A stretch of DNA of 63,792 nucleotides, the filler included, from Reticulomyxa filosa (taxonomy: Eukaryota; Protista; Foraminifera): assembly GCA_000512085.1 (NCBI GenBank). It is 13 parts of 13 records of this genome, joined end to end, with 100 filler letters (N's around TTAATTAATTAA, not from the genome) between each part and the next. Parts side by side here need not be neighbours in the genome. Positions count along the whole stretch, not along the records: positions 60,743 to 62,372 come from ASPP01036937.1; positions 62,473 to 63,792 come from ASPP01021568.1; 11 more parts are not named here. One strand, 5' to 3'. The translations under genes and the position numbers were made by a program. Below the pieces are notes generated by a model, which was not told the DNA's origin, did no database searches, and worked only from the letters and a program-made list of their open reading frames with translations. Shown here one piece after another: positions 62,048 through 63,792 of this stretch. Positions within the stretch are counted from its first letter, which is position 1, and the number at the start of each line of letters is the position of its first letter.

Positions 62048-63021
62048 GGTGATTTTTTCCTTTGAAGCGTTGAAGAATTTTGATGAAGGGGCCTATGTAA
62101 AGTTTTTAAGAGTTTTTGTTTAAGTTTGTAGAGTTTTTTTCTGTTGTGGATTTTTATACAATTTCAATATGTCTACGTGTTTTTAAAACGATAAAAATAT
62201 TGACAAGTGTCACAGTTTTTCATTTGAATTATGAATAAAATACTCCGATTTGTCATTCTTTTGAAAGAAAGAAAAAGCGGAATTGTATCAAAATAGTTTT
62301 CTCTAGTGGACACAAAATTATTTTTTTATTCAATTTGAGACCTATTTGTTACTTGAAAAACTAGAGTCATATNNNNNNNNNNNNNNNNNNNNNNNNNNNN
62401 NNNNNNNNNNNNNNNNTTAATTAATTAANNNNNNNNNNNNNNNNNNNNNNNNNNNNNNNNNNNNNNNNNNNNTGACACCTAAAATGACACTTTATATAGA
62501 TTATTGATTTTCTTCATGAAAAAACAACATTCAGACATAATTTTTTTTTTTAAAAATATCTACAAATTGTGTACTTTTTAAATATCATCTTGAATTTAGT
62601 TTTTTATTATATCTTTTCTAATTGTTTAAAAAATTTGAATATTTTATTCATTTTTGAAAATTTTCGAGAAAAGTTGACAATTGATCTTATATGCGCAGTC
62701 GTTTTATGCAGGGTTGTGGCAAAGAGATACAAAGCTTTGCGTTTCATTTTGATTGTAAAAAAACTTCCATAAGACGATCATTTGCAAATATAATTCTAAT
62801 CCTGGCAGAGGAAAAACAGCACAAGAATAACAGAATATAAAAAATATAGTTTTAAACAGTAATAACATATTGAATAATTACAAACAACAAAAGAGTATAA
62901 GCAAAGAACACAAAAATCCTTATTAGTTGAACAGACAATAAATAAAACAGCACTATAAAGATACTGAACAAAATTAGAGCCTTCTTCCCCCCCCTCTTTT
63001 CTCTATTTTTTTTTGCATAAT

Positions 63022-63783
63022 ATGTCTAGCGAGGCAAACCCAAACACTCTCAAATTCCCATGATCTCTCCATGGTGCAGAGTGCAGCATATGCGGTAGGA
63101 TTCCGCAAAATTAAGGCAGCGAAAGAAAGACCTCTAGCCGAGCAAGAGGACAAGCGTATGCCATTGTTGATGAATGCAGAAGATGAAGAGAAAGGCCAAA
63201 CAACAGGTGGTGTCGAATGAAAGAGGACATGGACGCGGTGAAGAAATTGATACTGGGCAGCGGTATTAATCTTTTGTTGATTGCAGTTCCTTTTGGTTTT
63301 ATAAGCAATTATCTGAACTGGCGACCAACTGTCGTGTTTTTTATAAATTTTTTTGGGATGATCCCGTTGGCAAGTATTTTGGGAGACGCCACGTTGAGAT
63401 TTTTTTTTTTCCTGAGGAGCAAAAGATCAGAGGGAAAGAAATTTCTACTCATTCCGTTTTTTTTTTTTTTTTTATGTTTCTAAAATCACGTGCAACTAAC
63501 GCAGCAACTGTGAAGGACAGAGAAGAAACAAGGGAAGGAAAGGGGAAAAAAGATAAAAATAAAAAAAAGTAATGTAATAAATACATGTCATTGGTTGTGT
63601 TATTTACAATAGGGAATGTTTGGCAGACCACGTATGTAGCATGCTCCCTTTCTTTGAATGTGCAAAAAAAAAAAAAAAAAAGAAATGTTTTTGTCTATTT
63701 ATTTATTTGCTTTTTTTTAATTTAAAAAGTTAGGAGAAACGATCGGTGGTTTGTTGAACGCTACGTTTGGCAATGCTGTAGAG
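63022..63783 (+). CDS. CAX-family Ca2+/H+ exchanger, multi-exon, 3'-partial
   Basis: INLLLIAVPFG...FFGMIPLASILGDAT|ECLADH|LGETIGGLLNATFGNAVE contains the alpha-1 repeat GNxxE. A 19-nt microexon lies at 63613-63631. The N-terminal part has one or two single-base frameshifts. Confidence 0.92.
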
Positions 63784-63792
63784 GTAACGAAA

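Noticed and set aside
35126-62372. RNF213-like and NACHT genes as an immune gene cluster
   Set aside because: They lie on different contigs separated by a spacer, so the adjacency is artificial.

Overview
This window is not one locus. It is 13 unrelated contigs joined by identical 100-nt spacers (44 N + TTAATTAATTAA + 44 N). Twelve contigs are AT-rich, intron-rich eukaryotic nuclear DNA with poly(A)/poly(T) and (TA)n introns. Their style suggests a foraminiferan such as Reticulomyxa (inference). One contig (20043-21865) is GC-rich bacterial DNA carrying a cobalamin riboswitch, a btuB-like TonB-dependent receptor and a serine hydrolase. Recognisable eukaryotic genes are a GH3 glycosidase, an SPX protein, RPS15A, a TMEM184-like protein, a DENN+ENTH fusion, RGS and PH proteins, MCM4, an SR splicing factor, a NACHT NTPase, a CAX Ca2+/H+ exchanger, a vWA/PT-repeat surface protein and two decayed genes. 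The standout is a spliced gene of more than 17.6 kb (52778 down to the contig end at 35126). It encodes a giant RNF213/mysterin-like AAA+ ATPase-E3 ligase with an intact RZ finger, no visible RING, and an unexpected N-terminus (PB1/ubiquitin-like domain, three FN3 repeats and a possible CBM20-like sandwich). This is a candidate cell-autonomous antibacterial ubiquitylation system in a protist. All family calls come from motif recognition by eye; no database searches were run.
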